Source: a virus
Length of the DNA: 64,000 nucleotides
Virus record (IMG/VR): IMGVR_UViG_3300030060_007988
Direction: 5' to 3' (one strand)
Made by a program: the position numbers and the translations under genes. The notes beneath the pieces are model-generated. The model worked only from the letters and a program-made list of their open reading frames with translations, was not told the DNA's origin and did not search any database. Of the stretch, positions 8,507 to 18,426 are shown piece by piece; the first letter of the stretch is position 1, and each line of letters begins with the position of its first letter.

Positions 8507-8905
8507 ATGACTGAATCTGTATATGATATTTTTGATTACAAATCTGACTTTTGGAATAGAATGAAAGAACAGATGTTACGTGATACAAAGGATATGGATA
8601 GTAGGAGAAGGTCAAAATATTTTAACGCCATAAGTGGACAAGGTCTAATAAAATCAGCTTTAGACATTGATGATGACTATGAAGGCGTAATAAGTGAAGA
8701 CATCGATAATGAGTCAGTTAGGATAATACGTGGAAAGGACATATTAGTAGTTGCTGCCACGGATAGAAAAAGACTAAATCATTTAATGAACAAAATGATT
8801 GGAACAGTATTATTGAAACCAAAATACAGTAATACTTTAAATTTTAAAAATGACATTGTACATATCTATACATTTGATATGACAAATTTGTCAAGTAATG
8901 ATTAG
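8507..8905 (+). CDS. hypothetical protein
   Basis: ORF track. Confidence 0.7.
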   Translation: MTESVYDIFDYKSDFWNRMKEQMLRDTKDMDSRRRSKYFNAISGQGLIKSALDIDDDYEGVISEDIDNESVRIIRGKDILVVAATDRKRLNHLMNKMIGTVLLKPKYSNTLNFKNDIVHIYTFDMTNLSSND

Positions 8906-8952
8906 GTGGACTGGAAGACACCTTTTATTAAATTATTTAAGGAGATTTAATT

Positions 8953-9369
8953 ATGGGAAATTTATTTTTAAACGAACGTCTGTTTCCAACGGACTTATTT
9001 TTCAAAAACTTTTTTGATACAACATCTGATTTTCAATCCTTTGCGGAAGTGAAGCCGCAATACCCAGTTGATATATATACTACTGATGAAGGATTGATTT
9101 TCGATATTGCTGCTGTCGGTATAGACAAAAGCGAAATTAAAATAGAGGCCGATAGCAATATGCTAAAGGTTTCGCATGAAAAAGATTCATCAAATGATGG
9201 CGTAGACTATATACATAAAGGTATAGCTAGGCGTGCTTTTAACTTAGGCTGGAAAGTTTCACCAAAATATGATTTGAAACAAATAGAGGCTAAATTGAAT
9301 AATGGGTTACTAAGTATATTAGTACCGGTTGTACCAGAAGCCAAACCAGTCGAAGTTAAGATTAAGTAG
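8953..9369 (+). CDS. small heat shock protein Hsp20
   Basis: YPVDIY, YIHKGIARRAF, AKLNNGLLSI alpha-crystallin motifs; AAGGAG SD. Confidence 0.92.
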   Translation: MGNLFLNERLFPTDLFFKNFFDTTSDFQSFAEVKPQYPVDIYTTDEGLIFDIAAVGIDKSEIKIEADSNMLKVSHEKDSSNDGVDYIHKGIARRAFNLGWKVSPKYDLKQIEAKLNNGLLSILVPVVPEAKPVEVKIK

Positions 9370-9376
9370 AATTAAA

Positions 9377-9583
9377 ATGAAAGTAACAAAATTAAGAAGT
9401 TTATTAAAAGCCATAAGTTGGAGAATTGTAGGTACATTAGATACAATGGCCCTAGGATGGATAATTACTGGCAGTCCTATTATGGGATTAAAGATAGGTA
9501 CACTTGAATTATTTACCAAGTTTATCCTATACTATATTCACGAAAGAATTTGGTTACGTTCAAATTTTGGAACAAAAAAATAA
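9377..9583 (+). CDS. DUF2061-like small membrane protein
   Basis: RSLLKAISWRIVGTLDT...TKFILYYIHERIW. Confidence 0.8.
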   Translation: MKVTKLRSLLKAISWRIVGTLDTMALGWIITGSPIMGLKIGTLELFTKFILYYIHERIWLRSNFGTKK

Positions 9584-9611
9584 GGTTGATTCCAGTCCGC
9601 CTTTAATTGTT

Positions 9612-9830
9612 ATGAATAAACAAATATACTATCACAATAAAATTGCATACTTAGTATTGAAGAAAATTGACATTCATCATTTAAGTCCTAGACAATATGG
9701 AATAAAATCAGATGACTGGCTAAAAGTACTTAAAGTGTGGAAGGATCATTTAAATGCTGACCATGTTTTAAGAGTGAAAGATACATTTTTAATTTGTGAA
9801 ATAATTGAAGATGCAAAAATTATTAAATAG
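9612..9830 (+). CDS. hypothetical protein
   Basis: ATG at 9612 within track ORF 9504-9830. Confidence 0.6.
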   Translation: MNKQIYYHNKIAYLVLKKIDIHHLSPRQYGIKSDDWLKVLKVWKDHLNADHVLRVKDTFLICEIIEDAKIIK

Positions 9831-9854
9831 ATATTTATTAAACAGGAGAAAAAA

Positions 9855-10028
9855 ATGAAATATAAAGAAATGACAAGAAAGCTAGTTGAAGATGCTGAAC
9901 AATTAATTACATCGGCAAATTCAACATTAACAACACCAGGTGTAACAGTTGATGATATCAGAAGTTACTTAAACAGGGCTAAAGGCAAATTGCAAGAAGC
10001 ACTATCAAAAATTGACTTAGAAAGATAA
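9855..10028 (+). CDS. hypothetical protein (57 aa)
   Basis: hand-translated MKYKEMTRKLVE...; ATATTTAT motif and AGGAG upstream; TAATG coupling to next gene. Confidence 0.65.
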   Translation: MKYKEMTRKLVEDAEQLITSANSTLTTPGVTVDDIRSYLNRAKGKLQEALSKIDLER

Positions 10029-11287
10029 TGAAAAAAAGACTACTTCCACTTACTATTGGATTGGCAGCATTAATGGTGTCAGGTTCAGCCGCATTCTATT
10101 CAGTATTCGGTTTAAGTAAATTGTTTGCTGGTGCCAGTACACAGGTAATCATAATGGCAGGTAGTCTCGAATTTGCTAAACTTGTATGTGCGTCATTATT
10201 ATATCAATATTGGGATACTATAAATAAATGGTTAAGATTTTATTTATCTGTAGCAGTATTTGTACTTATGGTTATAACAAGTGGTGGTATTTATGGATTC
10301 TTATCCGGAGCATATCAAGAAACAGCAACTAAATCTGAGTTCTTAGATAAATCTCTTGCAGTATTGGAAATGAAGCAAACAAGATTTGAAGAACAAAAGG
10401 TTGATCTCAATACTGAAAAAGTACAAGTAAATAAAACAATTTCTGATTTAAGAACATCATTATCAAACCCGGCATCAGTGTCATACTATTCAGAAGATGC
10501 AGGACAAGTAATAACAACTACATCATCTTCAACAAGAAGGGCTTTACAAAAAGAATTAGAAACTACAATAAATGATAGGGATAATATAAATCTAAAATTA
10601 GAAGCCGTACAAGATTCTATTATGAGACTTGATACTGAACTATTAGATTTAGCAATAGGCAATGAAGAGCAGCGTGAACTCGGACCACTAAAATATCTTG
10701 CAGAAATAACAGGAAAGGATATGGGTCAAGTAGTTAATTGGTTTCTATTACTTATTATATTTGTATTTGATCCTTTAGCAATAGCAATGGTAGTTGCAGC
10801 AAACTTTGCATTCGGCCAAATTAAAAAGCCAGATGAATATGAAGTAGAACCTGAGTTCTTTACTGATGAAGTTAAATGTGACATACCAAATGGAATGGAA
10901 TATGATAAACCATACACCGTTGAGGAAATAAAAGAAGCAATGTCAAAAGATCCAGAATTCAGTGATGATATTCCAGAAGAAGTTCCAGACATGAGAGAAC
11001 CGTTAGGCGACTGGGCAGAAAAGGAAATAGTTATTGAGGACGAAGATGAAGTTATAGTAACTCCTGAACAAGAAGAAAAAATAAAATGGGAAAACAATTT
11101 AAATGACGAAGGTGAAGTGATTGTTGAGAAATATAATATATATGGTGAACAACTTAGTGATAAAAAACGTAGGACAAATATTTTATCCAAAATAGGAAAG
11201 CTACCAAGAGTTGTTGGACAAAAAGTAAGATCATTATTATCAAAAAATAAAATAGATGACGCTGAAAATTATATAAATAATAAATAA
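10028..11287 (+). CDS. multi-TM membrane protein with coiled coil and acidic tail
   Basis: 3 N-terminal TMs, coiled coil, TM FVFDPLA, acidic C-terminus. Confidence 0.75.
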   Translation: MKKRLLPLTIGLAALMVSGSAAFYSVFGLSKLFAGASTQVIIMAGSLEFAKLVCASLLYQYWDTINKWLRFYLSVAVFVLMVITSGGIYGFLSGAYQETATKSEFLDKSLAVLEMKQTRFEEQKVDLNTEKVQVNKTISDLRTSLSNPASVSYYSEDAGQVITTTSSSTRRALQKELETTINDRDNINLKLEAVQDSIMRLDTELLDLAIGNEEQRELGPLKYLAEITGKDMGQVVNWFLLLIIFVFDPLAIAMVVAANFAFGQIKKPDEYEVEPEFFTDEVKCDIPNGMEYDKPYTVEEIKEAMSKDPEFSDDIPEEVPDMREPLGDWAEKEIVIEDEDEVIVTPEQEEKIKWENNLNDEGEVIVEKYNIYGEQLSDKKRRTNILSKIGKLPRVVGQKVRSLLSKNKIDDAENYINNK

Positions 11288-11298
11288 AGGAAAAGGTT

Positions 11299-11883
11299 AT
11301 GAAAAGAAATACAATGCCCAGAATAAAGGGCTCAAAGAAATCATCAAAAGACGTAATAGTAAATCAAAAAGATTTTGATAAATCATGTAAATATACGATT
11401 GAATATAGAAAAGGTACAAGGTGGAATCAATCTCCACAATCAACTTATAGATATATGTCATGTAAAAAGTGCGGTGAAATGGATTTAGTTGCCGAGTATG
11501 CAACAGCTGTCACATGTTGGAATTGTGTACAAAAAATGGTAGATCCACCAGTATTTAAATCTTCTCTTGCAAAAACAGGTCGACCAGCTGGGTGGCACTT
11601 CATGGCTGTATTTGTTGATAAAGATGGAAATGTATTTCATAAAGGTAAAGAACAACCTGATCTTAAAGGAACATTAAAGCCAACAAAGGTTAAAACCAAA
11701 AAAAGATTTAATAAAAAAGAAAAACTAAGATTAATGCAAAATGCAAACGCACAATTATTTGAACTAAAAAAGAAATTGAAAAATGCAAAATTCAAAAAGG
11801 ACATTAAAAAGATTGAAGTTCAGATGAGAAAATTTCAAAGAATTGCTGCAGGTAAAATACCTAAAAGTTTAAGACAAGGTTAA
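11299..11883 (+). CDS. Zn-finger-containing basic protein
   Basis: CKKC...CWNC; GRPAGWHFM. Confidence 0.7.
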   Translation: MKRNTMPRIKGSKKSSKDVIVNQKDFDKSCKYTIEYRKGTRWNQSPQSTYRYMSCKKCGEMDLVAEYATAVTCWNCVQKMVDPPVFKSSLAKTGRPAGWHFMAVFVDKDGNVFHKGKEQPDLKGTLKPTKVKTKKRFNKKEKLRLMQNANAQLFELKKKLKNAKFKKDIKKIEVQMRKFQRIAAGKIPKSLRQG

Positions 11884-11898
11884 AAACAATCTTCAAAA

Positions 11899-11928
11899 TT
11901 TTTTTATTTCATTTATTTTTGTTATATT
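11899..11928 (+). promoter_or_regulatory. class-1 promoter
   Basis: tttttttatttcat-ttattttt-gttatatt. Confidence 0.55.
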
Positions 11929-11955
11929 GTATCTAACAAAAGGATTAAGAGTATT

Positions 11956-12156
11956 ATGACGGATTTTATATTATTTATAGCAAGCTTAATTGCACTACTA
12001 GCAATATTTGCAACTGCATTTATTATATTTTCATTACCATTATATTTAGGATGGAATTTATTAGCATTTATGTTTGGTTTCAAACCTATATCGTTTATGT
12101 GGGCATTTATATGTACAAATATTATCATAATGGTTAGACACATGTATAAGTTTTAA
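11956..12156 (+). CDS. small membrane protein
   Basis: hydrophobic 66 aa. Confidence 0.6.
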   Translation: MTDFILFIASLIALLAIFATAFIIFSLPLYLGWNLLAFMFGFKPISFMWAFICTNIIIMVRHMYKF

Positions 12157-12157
12157 A

Positions 12158-12370
12158 ATGGATAAAATAATTTACATACGAGGAACATATTCAAAAGAAG
12201 CTCAACGCATTGAAATGGATGTTAGAGAAAATTTAAATATTCATGACTATAAAACAATATGTGAAAGACTAGCTGCCTCACTAGGATATAGTCAAAAGAG
12301 TATAGATGAAGCATTTGGTGTGGCTAAAGAATCCACACTCAAAAACAACAAACAAATTTTAAACGATTAA
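12158..12370 (+). CDS. hypothetical protein
   Basis: ORF track. Confidence 0.65.
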   Translation: MDKIIYIRGTYSKEAQRIEMDVRENLNIHDYKTICERLAASLGYSQKSIDEAFGVAKESTLKNNKQILND

Positions 12371-12380
12371 AGGATTGGTT

Positions 12381-13007
12381 ATGTATAGAAATTTATATGG
12401 AGAAGGAAAAGTAAAACAAACTCAACCACCAGGTGATAAAGACCTTGAGGATAAGAAAGCACTATTTAAAGTGTACAAAGAAATTGAGTATGGTGTAGAC
12501 ATTAAAGATTCAGTTCTATATCTTATGGGAGAGATTGGTGAATATTCTTCACTTGATGTAATATCACGTGTAAGAACAATATTGAAGAATAGGGAAGACA
12601 ATGATGAATCACCAATAAATATAATTGTAAATTCAGGTGGAGGTTGCGCATATGAGATGTTTGGAATTATTGATTATATAAAATCCTTAAAGGTTCCTGT
12701 GAATGTAATAGTAAGAGGACGTGCAATGAGTGCTGCCGCAATGGTTCTTGTTTCGGCAACTGGTAAAAGATATGCAAGTAAGCATTCAACTATTATGATT
12801 CATGAAGGAAATAGTATAAACGCCGGTAAAGCATCGGACCTTAAGGCTGCAGGTAAACATATACAAAATATTGAGAATATGTGTAATAATTTATTAGCTG
12901 CATCAACAAAGAAAGATGCAAAGTGGTGGGAAGAAAATACTAGAAATGATTTATACTTAACAGCCGAGGAAGCCTTGGAATTAGGAGTCATTGACCAGAT
13001 TATATGA
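12381..13007 (+). CDS. clpP: ClpP-family serine protease
   Basis: VNSGGG, AMSAAA (Ser), IMIHE (His), NDLYLTAEEALELGVID (Asp). Confidence 0.88.
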   Translation: MYRNLYGEGKVKQTQPPGDKDLEDKKALFKVYKEIEYGVDIKDSVLYLMGEIGEYSSLDVISRVRTILKNREDNDESPINIIVNSGGGCAYEMFGIIDYIKSLKVPVNVIVRGRAMSAAAMVLVSATGKRYASKHSTIMIHEGNSINAGKASDLKAAGKHIQNIENMCNNLLAASTKKDAKWWEENTRNDLYLTAEEALELGVIDQII

Positions 13008-13651
13008 AACTAGTAATACATACAGATTGGTTAAGAGTATACGATGATGTATTAAGCAAGTCAGATTGTAATAAAATTATACAATTTGGTCAAAAGCTTT
13101 CTTTTACAGATTCTACGGTAGTAGGACAAACAACAAAAAAATCTACATATCGTACAAGTAGTCATATAGTATTACCTGAATCATTGCATCAAAATTTAAT
13201 ATTGTCTAAAATAGTTGAAAAGGCATCAGGATATGATGCAGCAAATCAGGAACCAATTTCGTTATTGAAATATAAACCAGGACAACAATATAGACCACAT
13301 CCAGATTATTTTGATGAACATAGTGAAACAGGCCGTGAGCAAATGAAAGGTCTTAGAAATAGAGTTATGACTGCACTTCTTTTTCTAAATGATAATTTTA
13401 CAGGTGGCCAAACGCAATTCTATAATGATGAAAGAGGGTATAATCCTGAAATAACTGTACATCCTAAAAGGGGAAGACTTATACTATGGATGAATATGAA
13501 TATTAAATATAATTTTGCACAAGTAACTAAAAGAAAAAATATTATATCCACACATGCAGGATTACCAGTAATTGAAGGTACAAAGCATTGTGCAGTTATC
13601 TGGATACGTGAATCACTAATTAATAAGGAGCCAACAAATGAAACTTACTGA
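13004..13651 (+). CDS. 2OG-Fe(II) oxygenase, prolyl-4-hydroxylase-like
   Basis: HPD motif, RVMTALLFLND..GGQT.F, HAGLPVIEGTK..AVIWIR. Confidence 0.85.
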   Translation: MKLVIHTDWLRVYDDVLSKSDCNKIIQFGQKLSFTDSTVVGQTTKKSTYRTSSHIVLPESLHQNLILSKIVEKASGYDAANQEPISLLKYKPGQQYRPHPDYFDEHSETGREQMKGLRNRVMTALLFLNDNFTGGQTQFYNDERGYNPEITVHPKRGRLILWMNMNIKYNFAQVTKRKNIISTHAGLPVIEGTKHCAVIWIRESLINKEPTNETY

Positions 13652-14387
13652 ACAACAAATAGCAGACAATTGGATAAAACTAACACAGTGTATTGAAACT
13701 GAATTTACAGGTGAAAGAAAAACTAAGTTATTGGAAATGTATGAATTTTTTAAAGACCGAATGATGTTTGCACCGGCTTCAGGATTTGAACACTTACACA
13801 ATTGTTTTGTTGGCGGATATGTAGATCATGTTTTGCGTGTTATTGAATGTGCTCAGGAAAATTATGAATTCTGGAAAAGAATGGGTTCAGACTGCTCAGG
13901 GTACACTAAAGAAGAACTTACTTTTGTTGCACTTAATCATGATTTAGGTAAAATTGGAGATTTGGAAAATGATTACTATGAACCGTGCACCAGTGATTGG
14001 CATAGAAAAAACCAGGGAAAATTATATGAATCAAATAAATCAATTGGTCATCATATGCCAGTTCCACATCGGTCTATATTTTTATTGAATCATTTTGGAA
14101 TTAAAGTTAGTGAAGTTGAAATGATTGGTATACTAACACATGACGGTTTATATGATGAAGGTAATAAAACATACTTTATGAACTGGGCTGATGAAAAAAG
14201 TTTTAAAACAAATCTTCCATTAATTATGCACCATGCAGACCACATGGCATCTAGGATTGAATATGAAAAGTGGAAAACAAATAAAAAGCCTGTAACCAAA
14301 AAAACGACATATAAGTCAAAGCCTAAAGTTTCATCTGCAAATACAAAGGCTACTGATATGTTTAAAGATTTATTCGGAGACTCATGA
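13638..14387 (+). CDS. HD-domain hydrolase (YhaM-like)
   Basis: GGYVDHVLRV, ALNHDLGKIG, HDG, HHADH. Confidence 0.8.
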   Translation: MKLTEQQIADNWIKLTQCIETEFTGERKTKLLEMYEFFKDRMMFAPASGFEHLHNCFVGGYVDHVLRVIECAQENYEFWKRMGSDCSGYTKEELTFVALNHDLGKIGDLENDYYEPCTSDWHRKNQGKLYESNKSIGHHMPVPHRSIFLLNHFGIKVSEVEMIGILTHDGLYDEGNKTYFMNWADEKSFKTNLPLIMHHADHMASRIEYEKWKTNKKPVTKKTTYKSKPKVSSANTKATDMFKDLFGDS

Positions 14388-14683
14388 TTTTAACAATAAT
14401 AATATTATCTATCATAACAATAAGTTTGACATTTGCATTGGTTAACATTCTTAGAAAGTATGAAAAGTTAGAAGATGAAAATGATTATGTAAATAATTAT
14501 GTAAACGATTTACTTATTAAATTAAAGAAAACAATTTCAACAATGAAAGATATAGATGTTAGAGGATCATTTGAATCCGATGACGAAACAGGTGCAATAT
14601 TTGGAGAAATAAAAAACATGATAATTGATATTGAAAAAAATTATCTCATAGAGGAAGACATAGATGCCAAAGAAAAAAAATAG
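14384..14683 (+). CDS. membrane-anchored protein
   Basis: N-terminal TM plus coiled coil. Confidence 0.65.
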   Translation: MILTIIILSIITISLTFALVNILRKYEKLEDENDYVNNYVNDLLIKLKKTISTMKDIDVRGSFESDDETGAIFGEIKNMIIDIEKNYLIEEDIDAKEKK

Positions 14684-15350
14684 AATGTATTTCACTCTTG
14701 ATACTCAAGATGCAATAGTAAAATATAATAAGTCAAAAAACGACACTGAGCGAAATAGGTTATACCAAGTTCATATTCATAAAGCATTTGATAAGCTAGC
14801 TGAAAACATAATTAATACATTTAAGTTCCAGTATTTTGATATTCCTTATCAGGATGTTAAGCATGAAGTGGTTGCATTTCTAATTGAAAAGATGCCTAAA
14901 TATACTGAAGGTAAAGGAAAGGCATTTTCATATTTCAGTATTGTTGCAAAAAACTATTTAATACTTCACAATAACAACAATTACAAAAAACTAAAACAAC
15001 GTGCTCCTATAACAGTCCTTGATACTTCTCGTGATGTTATTGGAGAACAATATTCTAAAACTTTACGTGAAGAAAAGCGTGACTTTATGGAATTATTTAT
15101 AGAGTGGTGTACTAATAATCATGATTCGCTAGTTTCAAAACCACGTGATAAAAAAATTCTTTTTGCACTTTTAGAAATATTTAGAACACGTGATAACATT
15201 GAAAACTTTAATAAGAAGGCCCTTTACATTATGATTAGAGAAATGACTAATGTAAAAACTGGATATATTACAAGAATAGTTAATATAGTAAAACAAAAAT
15301 ATGTTGATCTATATAAAGTATATACAAACCGAACAACAATCTCAGAATAA
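14664..15350 (+). CDS. late-transcription sigma factor (T4 gp55-like)
   Basis: KLAENIINTFKF.Y, KAFSYFSIVAKNYL sigma region-2-like; sits at the junction with structural genes. Confidence 0.65.
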   Translation: MPKKKNRMYFTLDTQDAIVKYNKSKNDTERNRLYQVHIHKAFDKLAENIINTFKFQYFDIPYQDVKHEVVAFLIEKMPKYTEGKGKAFSYFSIVAKNYLILHNNNNYKKLKQRAPITVLDTSRDVIGEQYSKTLREEKRDFMELFIEWCTNNHDSLVSKPRDKKILFALLEIFRTRDNIENFNKKALYIMIREMTNVKTGYITRIVNIVKQKYVDLYKVYTNRTTISE

Positions 15351-15364
15351 TATATTTATATAGT

Positions 15365-15724
15365 ATGGATGTAAATAAAGAAATATTTAATGGCAAGTCC
15401 TTTTCAGATTTACTAAAAGATATATATGATAATTCTAGGGAAAAGGAAAAACAAATAAAAATTTTGATTAAAGAACTTCAACCTTTAATAAAAAACATAG
15501 GTGATGCAACAGTTATTGTTCCATTAATTAAGGAATATTTGGAAGTTGGAGTAAAAAATGATGATCACTTAATAAAGATAGCATCCATATTTCAAAGAGC
15601 AATGAGTAGACCCGGTGATGAGCAAGGAAATTTGTTATTAACCGATGATGAAAAAAAGCAACTTTTATCTGAGGTCGAAAAAATAAATGATTCTGAGGAA
15701 AAAGAAAATGGGAATATCAAGTAA
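15365..15724 (+). CDS. hypothetical phage protein
   Basis: ORF track; ATG just after ATATTTATA. Confidence 0.7.
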   Translation: MDVNKEIFNGKSFSDLLKDIYDNSREKEKQIKILIKELQPLIKNIGDATVIVPLIKEYLEVGVKNDDHLIKIASIFQRAMSRPGDEQGNLLLTDDEKKQLLSEVEKINDSEEKENGNIK

Positions 15725-16811
15725 ATTATATGGTGGTGTAAATTCAATAAATTCAGGTGGATCACTACAAGAACAAAATAAACATACACATGCTGCTAGT
15801 GGTAAAGCCCCAAATGTTCTTGCACCTTTTGATTCTGAAGACTTAACGTTTGTAGTTGGTTCAGTAAAGCAAGTATGCCTAGATCCAAATAACTTAAAAA
15901 TATTTGATGATCCATCTCAAAACTCTGTTGGATCAATATCAATGACAATAATATCAGGACCAGGTGATAATGAAGAAGAGATTGCAAGACCTTTATTTTC
16001 AAACATTAAACAATATCCTCTTCCTAATGAAGTAGTATTTGCAATTAAATTACAATATGCTGGTACAGGACAAAATAAAAAATTCAATTATTTTTACTTT
16101 CCTCCAATAAATTCAATAAATAGTTCACATCACAATGCTGGTTTGGCAGGCGTATTTAATTTTAATGATGATGAAACTTTACTAGGCGATAATTTTGTTT
16201 TTAACGAAGATGCAAGAAACCTTTTACATTTTGAAGGAGATGTAATTGTTGAAGGAAGAAACAGAAATTCAATAAGACTCGGTTCATCAGTTACACCTGC
16301 AGAGAGTACCGAAAATGAATTTTCAGTTGATAGTGAAGACGGTACTCCTATTATCATTATAAGTAATGGACATGAAGGTGAACCTATATCAGGTGGAGGT
16401 GATGGAACTGAAGAGGTTCTATTAGAAAGTGTAAATGATGATAGCTCAGTAATATATTTAACTAAAGATCAAATGATTCCATTAACACCTGTTAATACTT
16501 TAAATCTAAAGGGTGACCCATTAGACGCATATATAGGATCATCACAAATAATTTTAAATTCAGATAGACTAGTTTTTAATACAAAAAATGATGATATTAT
16601 ATTAGCATCGGCAAATAATATTGCAATGTCAACGGCAGCGTATAAAGTTGACTTAACAGACCTTATGGATTTAATAGGAGAATTGATTGCAGATGTTGAA
16701 AAACTATCACAAGGAACATTTCCTACAGGTGTTGGACCAACAGGACCACATCCATCTGTACCAGGTACAATAGCACAAATAAAATCTAAGTTTGATCAAT
16801 TGGCACAGTAA
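15708..16811 (+). CDS. baseplate hub/spike-related protein (gp5-like)
   Basis: YPLPNEVV, EGDVIVEGRNRNSIRLGS, QIILNSDRLVFN beta repeats, C-terminal PTGVGPTG; upstream of gp25. Confidence 0.5.
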   Translation: MGISSKLYGGVNSINSGGSLQEQNKHTHAASGKAPNVLAPFDSEDLTFVVGSVKQVCLDPNNLKIFDDPSQNSVGSISMTIISGPGDNEEEIARPLFSNIKQYPLPNEVVFAIKLQYAGTGQNKKFNYFYFPPINSINSSHHNAGLAGVFNFNDDETLLGDNFVFNEDARNLLHFEGDVIVEGRNRNSIRLGSSVTPAESTENEFSVDSEDGTPIIIISNGHEGEPISGGGDGTEEVLLESVNDDSSVIYLTKDQMIPLTPVNTLNLKGDPLDAYIGSSQIILNSDRLVFNTKNDDIILASANNIAMSTAAYKVDLTDLMDLIGELIADVEKLSQGTFPTGVGPTGPHPSVPGTIAQIKSKFDQLAQ

Positions 16812-17353
16812 TGATTATTTGGGTAACATTAGAACAGGATATAAAAGGTTGGTTAGAAGACCTAGGCGATAAATCAGTAGGTGATACTGCATCGCATTTT
16901 GCAACTTCATATGCAAACGCAATATCAAATGCAACAGATCCATACTTTAATGCAATTATACCTCCAGGAAAGGAGGGCAATATAGAGTCTGCATGGAATG
17001 CTGCATTTGCACAAATGGAAAATAGTGATAGTCCTCCAACACCTGCAACATGGTCACAGGTTGATGCAGCAACAATTGCTTTTTTTGCAGGTGCACAATT
17101 TCAATTTGCAACACCACATCCTCCAAACACTATACCTACAGGGCCAAACATCATTACATTTCCAGGTGCACCAGGTCCATTGGCAGCTGCCCTTAACGAT
17201 GCATTAACATCTGAAGACCCTGGTCAAGTTGCATCAAAAATGGTTAAAGGGTTTCAAGATCATTTAAAAGTAGTTCAAGGATTATACACGGGAGCAATCA
17301 CAACGCCAGGAGGTCCAGTGCCAACTCCAGTACCTTGGGTTGGTGTATCTTAA
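16811..17353 (+). CDS. baseplate-associated hypothetical protein
   Basis: Ala/Pro-rich; gene context. Confidence 0.55.
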   Translation: MIIWVTLEQDIKGWLEDLGDKSVGDTASHFATSYANAISNATDPYFNAIIPPGKEGNIESAWNAAFAQMENSDSPPTPATWSQVDAATIAFFAGAQFQFATPHPPNTIPTGPNIITFPGAPGPLAAALNDALTSEDPGQVASKMVKGFQDHLKVVQGLYTGAITTPGGPVPTPVPWVGVS

Positions 17354-17418
17354 ACATATTTTCATAAAAATATTGTTTGACTTTTATATTTATTATAGAA
17401 TACATATGGGAGATTTAT

Positions 17419-17889
17419 ATGAAAGCATCAGAACTAGTAAAGTTAATAAAGCAAGTAGTTAGGGAAGAAGTAAACCTAGCTCTTACTGAAAACATTAAAC
17501 CTTTACTGAAGCATATCATTAAAGAACAAAGGGTTATTAAAAAAAGTAAAAAATCTAATAAATCAATTAAAATGATTGAGGCATTACAGGTTGATAATAA
17601 ACAAAAACCAAAAAACAAAAATTTTGTTAAAGATCCTATACTTAATGATATATTAAACGAAACTGCAAATACAGAATGGAAGTCAATGAATGGCATGCAT
17701 ACATCAAACATTGCACAATCAATGGGAATGAAATCTATGGATGAAACTTTTGGAGGAAAACCAACTGTTCAACAAATGATTCCTCAAGATAGACAAGGAA
17801 GACAAATTCCTGAGTCATTATCAAAAGTATTGACAAGGGACTATACAGATTTAGTTAAGGCTATGGATAAAAAGGACAAAAGTAAATAA
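17419..17889 (+). CDS. hypothetical protein, possible head-internal protein
   Basis: LIKQVVREE and several [IL]xE motifs; GGGAG SD. Confidence 0.6.
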   Translation: MKASELVKLIKQVVREEVNLALTENIKPLLKHIIKEQRVIKKSKKSNKSIKMIEALQVDNKQKPKNKNFVKDPILNDILNETANTEWKSMNGMHTSNIAQSMGMKSMDETFGGKPTVQQMIPQDRQGRQIPESLSKVLTRDYTDLVKAMDKKDKSK

Positions 17890-17892
17890 ATC

Positions 17893-18426
17893 ATGGCATA
17901 TGAAATACCAAAAAAGAATCCTATAGATCAAGATCCAGATATAATAGTTGGTCTATCATTTCCTCTTAATCCTAATTCATCGGATTTTGACACAACTGTG
18001 ACAACAATAGATCAGGCCAGACACAATCTTAGAAATCTTTTACTAACTATGAAAGGTGAAAGACCATTCTTACCAAACTTTGGTACAAATTTGCATAGAT
18101 TAATATTTGAACAAAATATAGCAAGTGGAACAATGGTTAAATTTATTAATACTGAAATCAGAGATGCTGTTGAAAAGTGGCTTCCATATATTGGAATATC
18201 ACAAGTCAATGTAACACCACAGGAAGATCAATATAGATTAGGAATATCAATTTCATATGTTGTATCTCCATCAGCTGCAAATCAAACAATAGAACTTGCA
18301 GCAAGTGGTGAAACTGGTGCTATGACTGTTACTGGTGGATCAGGTGGTGACGGTGGTTCTGCTACAACTAGTGGTGGATCAGGTGGCGGCGGAGCTTCTG
18401 GCGGAGGTGGCGGAGGAGGATACTAA
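17893..18426 (+). CDS. baseplate wedge gp25-like protein with Gly-rich tail
   Basis: NLRNLLLTMKGERPFLPNFGTNL..LIFE, AVEKWLPYI. Confidence 0.88.
   Translation: MAYEIPKKNPIDQDPDIIVGLSFPLNPNSSDFDTTVTTIDQARHNLRNLLLTMKGERPFLPNFGTNLHRLIFEQNIASGTMVKFINTEIRDAVEKWLPYIGISQVNVTPQEDQYRLGISISYVVSPSAANQTIELAASGETGAMTVTGGSGGDGGSATTSGGSGGGGASGGGGGGGY

Noticed and set aside
12381-13007. ClpP as the capsid maturation protease
   Set aside because: A T4 gp21-type prohead protease is present in the head module at 60227, and this ClpP lies in the accessory region.
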